Position numbers and translations under genes: made by a program | In this document: positions 48,685 through 59,862 of the stretch, piece after piece | How the letters are laid out: each line of letters starts with the position of its first letter | How positions within the stretch are numbered: position 1 is the stretch's first letter | The notes under the pieces: generated by a model | Told to the model about the DNA's origin: nothing | Databases searched by the model: none | The model's input: the letters and a program-made list of their open reading frames with translations, nothing else | IMG/VR virus record: IMGVR_UViG_3300032007_000013 | DNA: 64,000 bases | From: a virus | Lineage: Duplodnaviria; Heunggongvirae; Uroviricota; Caudoviricetes | Strand: one strand, 5' to 3'

Positions 48685-49854
48685 ATGAAAAAAGTTAAAA
48701 TTGTTGTTGGTGCCAATTATGGAGATGAAAGCAAAGGTTTAGTTACTCATCAGTTTTGTAAAGATGCTATACATACTCATGATAATACTATTGTAATTTT
48801 CCATAATGGTTCTGCCCAGCGTGGACATACTGTAGATTATAATCCTGATTTCCGCCATGTCTATCATCATTTTGGATGCGGAACTGCTGAAGGTCTTCCT
48901 ACTTATTTCGCTGATACCTTTTGGGTTCATCCTATGGAATATTATCGAGAATATGGAGAACTTCTTCGTCAAAATATTCATCCACCTATTACTCAATGTA
49001 GTCCAAAAGCAAAAGTAGTTACTCCCTTTGATATGATTGTAGACCACGCGACAGAGGCTTATATTGGATGGCAGAATGGAGAACGCGAGCATGGCTCTTG
49101 CGGTTATGGCACTTGGTGTGCTACTGATAGAGAATTTTTTGGACATAAAATCTATACCATAGAAGATTATCTTAAAGCAGAAAATAACACTAAACTTGGA
49201 GTAATGCTTCGTCTTACTTTTTATGATTGTTTAACATTATTGCAGAATATTCGTAATGTTGATTTAGATAAAATTCCTGAATATGCTGTGTATTTTAAAG
49301 ATGAAACTCGTATTGATAATACAATTAATCATTTTATTAATGATTTAAAATTCTTTATGGCTCATAATGATTTCTTCTCTTTTGATAGCATTTATTATAT
49401 TTTTGATAATCTAATCTTTGAAGGAGCTCAGGGCCTTGGTCTTGATAAAGATTGCGGAAAAGAATGGCATACTACTTCTTCTACTGGATTGACTAATCCA
49501 TATAATATGTTAAAAGATAAAGAAAATTTTAATGCTGAAGTATGCTATGTTTCTCGTGCTTATAATACCCGTCATGGGATTGGAGATCTTGAAGAAGAAA
49601 CAACTAAATCTTCTATTAATAAAGACATGGAAGATAAAACTAATGTTCATAATGAATTCCAGGGCAGTCTTCGTTATGGATATATTGATGATGCTGAACG
49701 CGAAAAAAGAATTTCAAAAGATTATTCTATTGTTGAAAAAGATAATAGATTTTTTAGAACTAATGCTCTTACTCATTGTAATGAATTTCCAGAAGTAAAA
49801 GCAAACGAATATGATTACGCCAGTTTCAACCCTTATAGTGTATTGAAAGGATAA
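48685..49854 (+). CDS. adenylosuccinate synthetase (PurA)-family protein, 389 aa, no TAG; candidate PurZ-type enzyme
   Basis: N-terminal VVGANYGDESKGLVTHQF parallels the PurA P-loop (GxxWGDEGKG). Length and fold fit PurA/PurZ. Confidence 0.55.
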   Translation: MKKVKIVVGANYGDESKGLVTHQFCKDAIHTHDNTIVIFHNGSAQRGHTVDYNPDFRHVYHHFGCGTAEGLPTYFADTFWVHPMEYYREYGELLRQNIHPPITQCSPKAKVVTPFDMIVDHATEAYIGWQNGEREHGSCGYGTWCATDREFFGHKIYTIEDYLKAENNTKLGVMLRLTFYDCLTLLQNIRNVDLDKIPEYAVYFKDETRIDNTINHFINDLKFFMAHNDFFSFDSIYYIFDNLIFEGAQGLGLDKDCGKEWHTTSSTGLTNPYNMLKDKENFNAEVCYVSRAYNTRHGIGDLEEETTKSSINKDMEDKTNVHNEFQGSLRYGYIDDAEREKRISKDYSIVEKDNRFFRTNALTHCNEFPEVKANEYDYASFNPYSVLKG

Positions 49855-49859
49855 ATTAT

Positions 49860-50525
49860 ATGACTAATTTTATTATGACTCGTTTTGGTGACGTTTTTGT
49901 TGGTTTTATTATTATTTTTAGTCTTTATAAATTTGGAATGATAGCTTATCATTTGAGTCGATTTTATAGCCATACTCATGGAGAAGGATATTTTTATTAT
50001 GCTGGGGCTACATTAAAATATGAGGATTTGCCGAGACTTACTTTTAAACAATTTTTAAGTTTTTATAATATTAATCCTGATAAATGGGGTATTATGAGAA
50101 ACGACGGAGAGTGGTATTATCATCCTACTAGAATTTACCAAAGTAGTGGGCAGCCCATTTGTTTTAAAACTGTTTTTGATTATGTAAAATATGTTAAATG
50201 GATTAAAAAGCGAATCAAAAATAAAAAAGAAAAAGCCCGTGATGAAAAACTTCAATCTATTGTTGATGATGTAAAAAAAGATATTAATAAGATTAATAAA
50301 GATTATGAAAATGTTCTTACTGAAAGTACTAAAACTTATTTACAAGTTGCTACTCGACTTAATAAAAATGATATAAAATGCTATATAGATATTAATGGAA
50401 TTAAGAATATAGATACCTCAAAACTATATAAAGGAGAACCTATATGTATCATTAATAGTTTTACTGGTAAAAGAAAACATTATATTTGGGATGGAGAAAA
50501 TTTTATCCCTGTTAAAATTTTTTAA
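49860..50525 (+). CDS. membrane-anchored hypothetical protein (221 aa), paralog family A
   Basis: N-terminal TM. Motif LTFKQFLSFYNINPDKW. Confidence 0.5.
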   Translation: MTNFIMTRFGDVFVGFIIIFSLYKFGMIAYHLSRFYSHTHGEGYFYYAGATLKYEDLPRLTFKQFLSFYNINPDKWGIMRNDGEWYYHPTRIYQSSGQPICFKTVFDYVKYVKWIKKRIKNKKEKARDEKLQSIVDDVKKDINKINKDYENVLTESTKTYLQVATRLNKNDIKCYIDINGIKNIDTSKLYKGEPICIINSFTGKRKHYIWDGENFIPVKIF

Positions 50526-50646
50526 AAGGAATGGCTAATATCCATTCCTTTTTTCAATAAAGAAATTTTTTATTTGAAAAAATATAAAAAATATATTATA
50601 ATATTTATAGAAAATAAAAATTATATATATAAAGGAGTTTTTATTT

Positions 50647-50832
50647 ATGTGGTATGCTTATAAACTTAATGACCAGCAGGAATGGGTTAAAATGAAAACT
50701 TTTGATAAACTTGAAGATTATAAAGCTTATGTTGAAACACATCGAGTAGCTAATTCAATGTGTTCGAATAATGAAATTGATTTGCGTGGAAAGGCTTATA
50801 GTGAACGATGGGACAAAACAGCAATGAATTAA
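50647..50832 (+). CDS. small hypothetical protein (61 aa)
   Basis: ORF after a family promoter. RBS AAGGAG. Confidence 0.4.
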   Translation: MWYAYKLNDQQEWVKMKTFDKLEDYKAYVETHRVANSMCSNNEIDLRGKAYSERWDKTAMN

Positions 50833-51006
50833 TTCAAATAGAAACTAACCATGTTTTAAATAGCCAAAATGCGAATGAACAATTAAGAATTTTCTAGAAA
50901 GTTTTCCCGAAACGTGAAATAATTGGAGTGTCTATGGTGCCAGCTGATCCGGCAGGTTGGTTTATGACAATAACTTATAAAGTATCATACTAAGGAGTTG
51001 ATAAAG

Positions 51007-51762
51007 ATGGCAGTTTATGCTTGTGCTGATTTACATGGTTGCTACTGGGCGTGGGAACAAATTAAGAATATTTTGCAGCCAGGTGATACATTGTATTTTT
51101 TAGGTGACGCGGCAGATAGAGGTCCTGATGGTTGGACTATTATGAAGGAATTATTAAATAATAGTCAAGTAATTTACTTAATGGGTAATCATGAACGTAT
51201 GTTCCTTAATAATTGGGGAAACTATGATGGACATGATTTTGAAGAAGATTACCGCCATTTAGATGAATATATTTGGAATTGGTACGGTAATGGTGGAGAA
51301 ATTACCGATTCTCAATTTATTCAAGATTCAATCCCTGGTGAGGAAAAGGTTAGTTATATTAGACAATTAAATGATTTACCTTTTATTACTGTTTATCATA
51401 ATGAAAATAATGAAGACGTAATTCTTTGCCATGCTGGATGTGATTATAGTGATATTGATAATTTGACAGAGGAAGCCGCTATTTGGGATAGAAGTCATTA
51501 CTTAAATAGTATGTGGGATGGCCCTAGTAATGCTTATATAATTCATGGCCACACACCAATTCCTTTACTTGTCCAAGAGCAAGAAAAATTTAATAGATGG
51601 TATAGTCTTGGATATAATATTCCAAAGGCTGAAATGCTTGAAGGGGCTTATTGGTATGCTGGCGGGCATAAGTGTTGTATTGACTGTGGAGCAGTATTTA
51701 CAGATCAAGCAGTATTATTAAATCTCGATACATGGGAAGAAATTGTAATTAATAAGGAGTAA
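51007..51762 (+). CDS. Ser/Thr phosphatase-like / ApaH-like metallophosphoesterase (251 aa)
   Basis: DLHG, GDAADRGPDG, GNHE motifs. Confidence 0.65.
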   Translation: MAVYACADLHGCYWAWEQIKNILQPGDTLYFLGDAADRGPDGWTIMKELLNNSQVIYLMGNHERMFLNNWGNYDGHDFEEDYRHLDEYIWNWYGNGGEITDSQFIQDSIPGEEKVSYIRQLNDLPFITVYHNENNEDVILCHAGCDYSDIDNLTEEAAIWDRSHYLNSMWDGPSNAYIIHGHTPIPLLVQEQEKFNRWYSLGYNIPKAEMLEGAYWYAGGHKCCIDCGAVFTDQAVLLNLDTWEEIVINKE

Positions 51763-51768
51763 AAAATT

Positions 51769-51954
51769 ATGTGGGATCTTGTTGAAGAAATGTTAAAAAC
51801 TATTGCTATTATGCTTGGAATTGTACTTCTTTTTTGTTTTCCAGCTATGTGGCTTTGGAATTGGTTAATGCCATATATTTTTAATTTACCAACATTAACA
51901 TTTGGACAGATGGCTGGTCTTTTGCTTTTAGCTTACTTATTTTTCCATGAATAA
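51769..51954 (+). CDS. small membrane protein (61 aa)
   Basis: Two TM helices. Confidence 0.4.
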   Translation: MWDLVEEMLKTIAIMLGIVLLFCFPAMWLWNWLMPYIFNLPTLTFGQMAGLLLLAYLFFHE

Positions 51955-51968
51955 GGAGGAACTATATA

Positions 51969-52238
51969 ATGAAAACTAAAAGAATGGACAGACATAGTTT
52001 TTACTGTATGAATTGTGGAGAAAAAGTTTATGAGTTAATGAGACCAGTCAGCCATCAATATGGGAAACATCACCGCAAAGCATTATATTGTCCTTGGTGT
52101 AAGTTAACTGTTAATACGATAGAATGTCGTAATGATAATGAAGTTTATGAGTTTAAAGAAGCCTTTGCCGCAGGAGAATATAAAGAAGAGTTAAAAGAAT
52201 CCCTTGATTTTATTAAAAATAATTATATGGAGTTGTGA
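51969..52238 (+). CDS. zinc-ribbon small protein (89 aa)
   Basis: CMNCGE...CPWCK. Confidence 0.45.
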   Translation: MKTKRMDRHSFYCMNCGEKVYELMRPVSHQYGKHHRKALYCPWCKLTVNTIECRNDNEVYEFKEAFAAGEYKEELKESLDFIKNNYMEL

Positions 52239-52242
52239 TACT

Positions 52243-52728
52243 ATGACTACTTTATACATTATGGTAGGAGCCGCAGGTAGTGGAAAAAGTTATTTTGCTA
52301 AGAAATATCTCTTTGCTGGTAAATCTCATATTATATATATTTCTCGTGATGAAGTTAGATATTCAATGATTAATGAAAAGGATGCTTATTTTAGTAAAGA
52401 AGATGATGTTTTTGCTGAATTTGTAAGACGTATTAAATATCATATTTCTATTGGGGCTGACGCTGTCATTGCCGATGCTACTCATTTGAATTGGAATAGT
52501 CGTCGTAAATTACTTAATGCTTTGAACCTCATTAATGAAACAAATAATAATTTGGCTATTATCCCAGTTGTGCTAAAACCAAATATTAATATTGTTTTAG
52601 AAAGGAATAATACTAGAGAAGGACGAGCCAATGTCCCAGAAGATGTAGTAAGAAGAATGTGGAATAACCAGACTTCTCCTAAGACAGATCCTTTTAAATA
52701 TACCGCAATAATGGAAGTAAGCGAATGA
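52243..52728 (+). CDS. P-loop kinase (AAA_33 family) paralog, 161 aa
   Basis: Walker A MVGAAGSGKS. RBS GGAG. Confidence 0.6.
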   Translation: MTTLYIMVGAAGSGKSYFAKKYLFAGKSHIIYISRDEVRYSMINEKDAYFSKEDDVFAEFVRRIKYHISIGADAVIADATHLNWNSRRKLLNALNLINETNNNLAIIPVVLKPNINIVLERNNTREGRANVPEDVVRRMWNNQTSPKTDPFKYTAIMEVSE

Positions 52729-53120
52729 TAGCTACTATATTGCTTTATATTTTTGCTACTATTGGAGTATTAAATACAATTATGGCTATTATTTTTTTAA
52801 TTTATTTAGCAGTAGATATTAATAAATATAAGGAGTGGGAATATGTGGAAGGATATGGGTTTCGAAGAGAAGGAAGCTCTAACGGCTATCCAAATGCAGA
52901 AAGAAAAAGAAATGAAGGAGAAGTATTTGACAGTAATCAGGACAATAGTGGCCAATGCAAGACCTAAATCTTATACATTAGATCAACTACGATGTGCTAA
53001 TCAAATTTTAATGTTTTGTGCTAATACTACTCATCTTAAAGGTTCTGAAAATAGTTTTGGGATGGATGAAGGATGGAGAGTAGATTATTGTCCAGCAAGT
53101 TTTTTAGGTGATAGAGAAAA

Positions 53121-53693
53121 ATGAATAAAATTTGGCTTTCTAGTGATTATCATTTTCAACATGATAGAGAATTTATTTATAAACCAAGAGGGTTCAATAG
53201 TGTAGATGAAATGAATAACACTATTATTACAAATCATAATAATATTGTTGATAATTATGATGATGTTTACCTCCTTGGCGACTTAATGTTAGGGGGTCCT
53301 GATAAAATGGATACAGGACTTGAAATGATTAGAGCATTAAATGGTAGGCTCCATTTAGTGCGAGGTAATCATGACACAGATAAACGATGGGAGGCATACA
53401 GTAAGCTCCCAAATGTAGTGGAACAACAAAATGCTATTTATTTAAATTATCATAAATATCATTTTTATATGTCTCATTATCCTACAATTACTAGTAATCT
53501 TGAAAAAGAAAGTCTTCATCAATGTACTATTAATTTATATGGACATACTCATCAACATAATTCTAACTTCTATATGGATATTCCATATATTTATCATGTT
53601 GGACTTGATTCTCATAATAATTGTTTAATTAATTTAGATGATGCTATTTTAGATATGGGACAAAAAGTACAGGAGTGCTTTAATGAACTTTGA
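53121..53693 (+). CDS. calcineurin-like metallophosphoesterase (190 aa)
   Basis: SDYHFQH, GDLMLGG, GNHD, GHTH motifs. Confidence 0.65.
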   Translation: MNKIWLSSDYHFQHDREFIYKPRGFNSVDEMNNTIITNHNNIVDNYDDVYLLGDLMLGGPDKMDTGLEMIRALNGRLHLVRGNHDTDKRWEAYSKLPNVVEQQNAIYLNYHKYHFYMSHYPTITSNLEKESLHQCTINLYGHTHQHNSNFYMDIPYIYHVGLDSHNNCLINLDDAILDMGQKVQECFNEL

Positions 53694-54030
53694 AAAATTT
53701 TTTGATTTAATGTGGGAATCACGCTGTGGCCTTTGTGCTGAAAAAGATAAAGGCTGTAAAGGATTTGATATTGCAGGGCAATGTAAAGATTTTAAATTAA
53801 AACCTTTTTCAGATAGAATGAATATATACTATAAGGCTTGTTTTTGTTGTGAAAACTACTTTAATTGTAGTGAAAAAGATAATGATAGTTTTAAATGTCA
53901 TAATTATAAAAAATATATCCCACGATGTGATAAATGTGTTTTCACAAAAGGTATCTGTGGCTATCATGATTCTCATGGTGAGTGTATTTCTTATAAACGC
54001 GATCCTCCTGATGGAGGATATTATGGATAA
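53683..54030 (+). CDS. Cys-rich hypothetical protein (115 aa)
   Basis: Several CxxC pairs. Confidence 0.45.
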   Translation: MNFEKFFDLMWESRCGLCAEKDKGCKGFDIAGQCKDFKLKPFSDRMNIYYKACFCCENYFNCSEKDNDSFKCHNYKKYIPRCDKCVFTKGICGYHDSHGECISYKRDPPDGGYYG

Positions 54031-54190
54031 AAGAGGACGCTGGGGCGAAAGCCTCGGCGTCTTCGTGCTATATCAAACGCTCCGTACTGCCAAAAAAATC
54101 GCGTTAGGAAATTTTTTCCAGAAATGTCTATCTTCATTAATTTTATTATTTTAACTTTTATATTTCTATGAAAGAAAGGAGAGAGATGTA

Positions 54191-54397
54191 ATGATTTTAC
54201 ACTATATTATTTTATGGTTTATTATGATGATTGTTGGTATATTAATGTATGAACAACCATTAATCACTAAAGCAAAAGGAAAAGTACTTAAAGCTTTATA
54301 GCAAATAGGATGGATGATTATGTTTATCGCTATGCTCGGTTTTGTGCATGGTATATTAAGTCTTATTAAACTTATCCCTCCATTATAAAAGAAAAAA
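54191..54397 (+). CDS. small membrane protein (68 aa), 1 in-frame TAG
   Basis: Two TM helices. A terminator hairpin follows at 54397-54430. Confidence 0.35.
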
Positions 54398-54477
54398 GTC
54401 AATGGATTATTCCATTGACTTTTTTTCTTTTTTATTATATAATAATTATATATAAAATAAAAAAAGGAGTTCTAAAT

Positions 54478-54903
54478 ATGATTATTGAAGATTGGAATAA
54501 TGATTTAGGGATGGCTCAATGTATCATTGAAGATACTTCAACTAATGGAGTAACATTACGAGGGTATGGAAAAGCAACTTGTCATGATGATGATGAATAG
54601 TGGAAAAGTGAATTTACTGGGAAATATATCGCAATGACTCGTGCTCAAATTGATATTCTTCGTAAAAAACGTGATTACGAAATCAAACCAAGCATTATGG
54701 CATTAGAACATGTTTTATCTACAATGAAGCAAAGCAAGAAATATAATCCAAAATCTTATGAAGCAATACGCATTAAAAAAGAATTAAAACATTATCAAGA
54801 AGATTTACATATGATACAAACTATTATTATTGATGAACAAGAAAATTTAAGACTTTATTTGGCCGGAAAAGACCAATTACATCATTAGGACAAAAATAAA
54901 TAA
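54478..54903 (+). CDS. hypothetical protein (141 aa), 2 in-frame TAG
   Basis: RBS AAAGGAG. ORFs 54478-54600 and 54634-54888 are in the same frame. Confidence 0.5.
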
Positions 54904-55188
54904 AATAATTTAAAGAAATTGTATAAAATACATAAGAGAGGAAGTGGTTTTTATTCTCAAATATGTATTTTTAGGAATAAGCCTATATGTTCTAATCATT
55001 CCAATTTTAGAATCATTATCTGCCTTAATTTGCCAAGGTATCGAAGTCCTTAAAGGAAAACTTGTTTATTAGCAAGCAATACTCCAATAGCAAGTCGATG
55101 AAATTAGAGCTAGACCATCCTCAGGCTCTACTCATGCGATAGGTTTTACGATACCGGCAGAAAGTGAATATTATGAGGAGGAAGAAGA

Positions 55189-56415
55189 ATGAAATTTTAT
55201 GACACTAGTTCCTTACTATTAAAAGCTGGAACGCTTTTTGATGAAAACGAAGAAAAATTCGCTATTTCATCTATAACATTAAAAGAACTTGAAGAAATAA
55301 AAACTTCTTTTAATAAAGATGCTAATATCAAATATGTTGCTCGTTAGCTACTTCATCTTTTAGATGAACATGATGGAGAATATGAAATTAGTATTTATAA
55401 AGAATCAATGCTACAAAGAATTATTGAAAATGATTTACCAATTACTAATGATATGAAAATATTAGCATCAGCATTAGATTATGACATTTTTGTTACTAAT
55501 GATTTAGCTCTAAAAAAAATAGCTCAAATCTTTTTTGATTCTAATAAAATTGAAAGTATTGGAGAAGATTTTGATAATAATTATACAGGCTATCTTGAAG
55601 TCGTGATGGATGACTCATAGATGGAAGATTTTTATTCTAATTTAAATAAAAATACTTTAAAAGCATTAATTAATCAATATATTATTATTAAAGATATAAA
55701 TGGAATTATCGTAGATAAACGAGTATGGACTGGCGAAACATATCGAAATATTAGTTTTGAAAACTTTAATTCCAACGAATTAGGTTCTATTCGTCCTATG
55801 CCAGGAGATGCCTAGTAGTAGTTTGTGGCAGATAGTTTATGCCACAATAAAATAACGGTTGTGCGTGGGCCGGCAGGGTCTGGTAAATCATAGTTATCTC
55901 TTGGTTGTTTATTCTGGCTATTAGAAAGACGTAAAATTGAGAAAATTATTATCTTTTGTAATACAGTCGCCGCAAAAGGAGCTGCTAGACTAGGATTTTT
56001 GCCTGGTACAAGAGAAGAAAAGTTATTAGATAGCCAGATAGGAAATTTCTTAATAAGTAAATTAGGCGATCGAATAGAAGTAGAAAGATTAATTGATGAT
56101 AATAAATTATTATTATTACCAATGGCAGATATTCGTGGATATGATACAACGAGTATGAATGCAGGTATATATATAACAGAAGCCTAGAATTTAGATCGAG
56201 ATTTGATGAAATTAGCACTTCAACGCATAGGAGAAGATTGTATTTGTATCATTGATGGAGATGAAAAAACTCAAGTAGATGATGTAGCTTTTGCTGGAGC
56301 AAATAATGGTATGCGTAGAATGTCAAAAGTATTCCGTGGACACGATGTTTATGGAGAAATTGAATTAAAGAAAATCTATCGTTCTAAAATAGCTGAAATC
56401 GCTGAAAATATTTAA
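55189..56415 (+). CDS. phoH: PhoH-family ATPase with N-terminal PIN-like domain, 408 aa, 6 in-frame TAG
   Basis: VVRGPAGSGKSQ Walker A, ...EAQNLD..., C-terminal KH-like region. Four standard-code fragments are all in one frame. Confidence 0.7.
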
Positions 56416-56418
56416 GAG

Positions 56419-56447
56419 ACTGATTTTTATCAGTCTCTTTTTTTATA
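56419..56447 (+). terminator. rho-independent terminator
   Basis: GAGACTGATTTTTATCAGTCTC followed by a T-run. Confidence 0.7.
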
Positions 56448-56468
56448 GTCAAGAAAGGAGGAAAACAT

Positions 56469-58928
56469 ATGACAGTACAAGAACAATTATGGCAATACTT
56501 TATTAAAAAAGGTTTTACTCCACAATCTATTGCTGGCATTATGGGCAACATAGATGAAGAAAGTAAATTTTAGCCAAATGCTGTATAGAAAAATAATTTA
56601 TATACAAATGCTTCATATACCAATATGGTAGATACTGGTATATATAATAATTTTGTTCATGATGATTTAGGATATGGTTTAGTCCAATGGACTTATGATG
56701 TTTTTAAACAAGATTTGTATAATAGATGTAAAGCGGCAAATAAATCAATCGCTGATTTAAACTGCCAACTTAATTAGATGTATGCTCATTTATAGAGTGA
56801 AGGATTATTAAATCAAATGAAAAATTTTACTTCTATAAAAGAAGCAACTATTTTTTATATGTTAAAATTTGAAAAACCATAGGATTAGAGCGATGATGCT
56901 CAAAATAAAAGAGTTGAAGCAGCTCAAAAATGGTTTAATATATTTAATAAAAATAAATAGCAACAATAGGGAGGTAAAAAAATGAAATATTCTCAATCAA
57001 ATCCTCCAATAGTATGTATGATGACAGATTCTACTTGCTATCAATCAACAAACTAGATGCAAGTAAAAGGAGTCCTCTGGCATAGCACTGGGGCAAATAA
57101 TAAAACAATTAAAAGATATGTACAGCCAACCGAGGGAGATCCTAATTATGCCTATTTAATGAATTTAATTGGAAAAAATACTGGGGCAAATGATTGGAAC
57201 CATATATCAGTACAAGCTGGATTAAATGCCTGGATCGGCACTTTAGCAGATGGGACAGTTGCTTCTGTCTAGACTATGCCATGGGACTATAAACCTTGGG
57301 GATGCGGTTCTGGCAGTAAAGGTAGCTGTAATAATGGTTGGATTCAATTTGAAATTTGTGAAGATAATCTCACTGATGGGGTTTATTTTTAGAAAGTTTA
57401 TCAAGAAGCTTGTGAATTAACAGCTTATCTATGCAAATTATATAATATAAATCCTCTTGGTAATGTTCTTTTTAATGGTACAGTAGTTCCTACAATTTTA
57501 TGCCATCAAGATAGCTGTCAATTAGGATTAGGAACAAACCATAGTGATGTATATCATTGGTTCAATAAATATGGTAAAACTATGGATAGTGTTCGTAAAG
57601 ATGTAGCAAATTTATTAGGAATTAATATTAATGCTAATTCTCCAATTACTAATCAAAACAATGATGATGTTCCCGCTATGATGTTAAAACGAGGAATGAA
57701 AAATAATCCTCAAATCAATTTATTACAAGAAAAATTAATTGAACTTGGATACAATTTAGGACCATTAGGTGCTGATGGTAATTTTGGTCAAATGACAGAA
57801 ATGGCTGTTAAAACTTTCCAATAGAAAAATGGATTAACTCCTAATGGAATATTTGGTGTTGAAACATTTTTAGCTATGAAAAAAGCACTAGAAATGAAAA
57901 ATTCTATTGTAGCTCCATTAATTAATAAAGAAGAAATTTATAGAGTCCGTAAAGCATGGAATCAACCAGGGACACAAGTTGGAGCCTATAAAAATTTAAA
58001 TAATGCAAAAGAAACAGTTGATAAATTACCTGCTGGATATCATGTATATGATAGTAATGGTTCAGAAGTTTATCCAATAGTCTCTTCTGCTGTTACAAAT
58101 AATCAAACTTCTAATAGTAGTGTCGCCGTAAATCTTCCAGTAGCAAAAACTTACTCTGGTGTAAAACTAGCATCTTCTTCAAAAGACGAGAATGGTAGAT
58201 ATACTGGTGGATAGCGTGGTGACCAAACTGGAAAAGAAGTATATATTTTAGACTGGTATCGTAGTGCATGGAATTATGTATTAAGACCAAAAACTCAAAG
58301 ATTGGCTGAAAATATTGCTCGTGCGGCTGAGGCAGGGTGTGCTAATGACAATATTGGTTATAGCCAAGGAGCTAGAAATACATTATATATAGAAGCTCAA
58401 AAAGTAGGATTAGATTTATCAAAAATAACAACTCCTTGTGATTGTGATTGTAGTTCATTTGTCAGTATTTGCTGTATTTGTGCTGGTTTATCTCCAAGCA
58501 TTTTTTATGCTGATGGAAATATGAGAACTACCTATAATATGAAATAGGCATGCGAAGCAACCGGATAGTTTTTAGTATTATCCGGCAATCAATATACTGG
58601 TCAAAAAGATTATTTAAAACGTGGAGATATTTTACTTAATTCTAATTCTCATGTAACTATTGTTCTTTCTAATGGAGATTGTGTAGAAGATTTAACAAGT
58701 TAGTTTGAGACTTCAACAACTCAACCTATTGTTAGCGGAACTAGTTATACTGTTCAAATTACAGTACCATTTTTAAATATTCGATTAAATCCTAATCCTG
58801 ATGGAAAAATAGTTGGACAAGTTAAATATAATCAAGTATTTACTATTGTCCAAGAGGAAGGAGGATACGGTAAACTTAAATCTGGTGTTGGCTGGATAGA
58901 TTTAAGATATACCAGAAAAATGTCATGA
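56469..58928 (+). CDS. multi-domain peptidoglycan hydrolase (lysin), ~819 aa, ~17 in-frame TAG: N-terminal lysozyme-like, amidase-like, PG-binding, and C-terminal Cys-peptidase/SH3-like regions
   Basis: QSIAGIMGNIDEES (tail-lysozyme-like), VKGVLWHSTGANNK...WNHISVQAG (amidase-like), LGPLGADGNFGQMTEMAVKTFQ (PG_binding_1), C-terminal Cys-rich catalytic-like region. Ends by ATGA overlap with a putative holin. Confidence 0.6.
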
Positions 58929-59200
58929 AAGGAAAACATAGTAAAAAATTAGAATTTTCAAAAACATTATTAATCCAAGAGTCAATATTAATTTGGATTC
59001 ATACTCTTTCAATGCTAGTCTTAGCTTATATTTGCGTTTTTCGCGGTTATTTCGCAGAATTACCTTGGCTTACCGCTATGGTAACTTTGCCATGGGGAGC
59101 CTATGCAGTCAGTCAACGAGCATATTATAAGAAATCAGAAGCTGAAAATACCCAAGGTGGTATTAAATTTGAAACAGTAATGTCTGATTATAGAGAATAG
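58925..59200 (+). CDS. putative holin (91 aa, two TM helices)
   Basis: Translationally coupled to the lysin. Hydrophobic helices, then a charged C-terminus. Confidence 0.45.
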   Translation: MKGKHSKKLEFSKTLLIQESILIWIHTLSMLVLAYICVFRGYFAELPWLTAMVTLPWGAYAVSQRAYYKKSEAENTQGGIKFETVMSDYRE

Positions 59201-59238
59201 ACTGACCCTTATCTTTTTAACGACTCTGCTGTTGGATA

Positions 59239-59285
59239 ATTTTTATTGAAAAACCAAGATAATATAATTTTTTTATATTATCTTG
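59239..59285 (+). terminator. rho-independent terminator
   Basis: AAACCAAGATAATATAATTTTTTTATATTATCTTGGTTT followed by a T-run. Confidence 0.7.
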
Positions 59286-59311
59286 GTTTATTTTTATATT
59301 GACAATTATAT
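59284..59311 (+). promoter_or_regulatory. sigma70-like promoter TTGACA-N16-TATAAT
   Basis: TTGACA 59284-59289, TATAAT 59306-59311. Confidence 0.5.
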
Positions 59312-59415
59312 TTTTTTATTATATAATATTTATATATAAATAGATAGTTTTTTATTTTATCTCATATATATGATACAATAAAAAAAACGAAATGTCAAGT
59401 TAAGTAGGTGTAACG

Positions 59416-59862
59416 ATGAGAACATACTATACAGATGGTTCTGCCACAGGAAATGGTACTGAAAATTCTATTGGTGGTTTTGGAATCGTTGAAGTAGATG
59501 AAAATGATAATATTCTTTGGGAATACCAAGAAAATGGTTTAAAATATGAAACAAATAATTCTATGGAATTGACTGCTATTTTGTATGCCTTAAAACATAT
59601 AGAAGTTGAAGAAGCGTCTTTTATGAAACCAATTATTTATAGTGATAGTGCTTATTGTGTAAATCTTATAAATGATTGGATGTATAGTTGGGAACGAAAT
59701 GGATGGAAACGTCCTAAAAATCAAGAGGTTAAAAATTTAAATCTTATTAAACAAATTTTTGAATTAGCTGATTTAGCAGAAATAAGAAAAGTAAAAGGAC
59801 ATGCTAGCAATAAATGGAATGAATATGCAGATAAATTAGCGACAGGAGTATATAAAATATAA
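59416..59862 (+). CDS. rnhA: ribonuclease H (RNase HI), 148 aa
   Basis: YTDGS, TNNSMEL, YSDSAY, ...H..N..AD catalytic motifs. Confidence 0.75.
   Translation: MRTYYTDGSATGNGTENSIGGFGIVEVDENDNILWEYQENGLKYETNNSMELTAILYALKHIEVEEASFMKPIIYSDSAYCVNLINDWMYSWERNGWKRPKNQEVKNLNLIKQIFELADLAEIRKVKGHASNKWNEYADKLATGVYKI

Noticed and set aside
52725-53124. Overlapping ORFs 52725-52967 and 52843-53124 in different frames
   Set aside because: They overlap for about 125 nt in different frames, and neither has a recognizable domain. At most one is real, and I could not decide which, so neither is listed as a feature.
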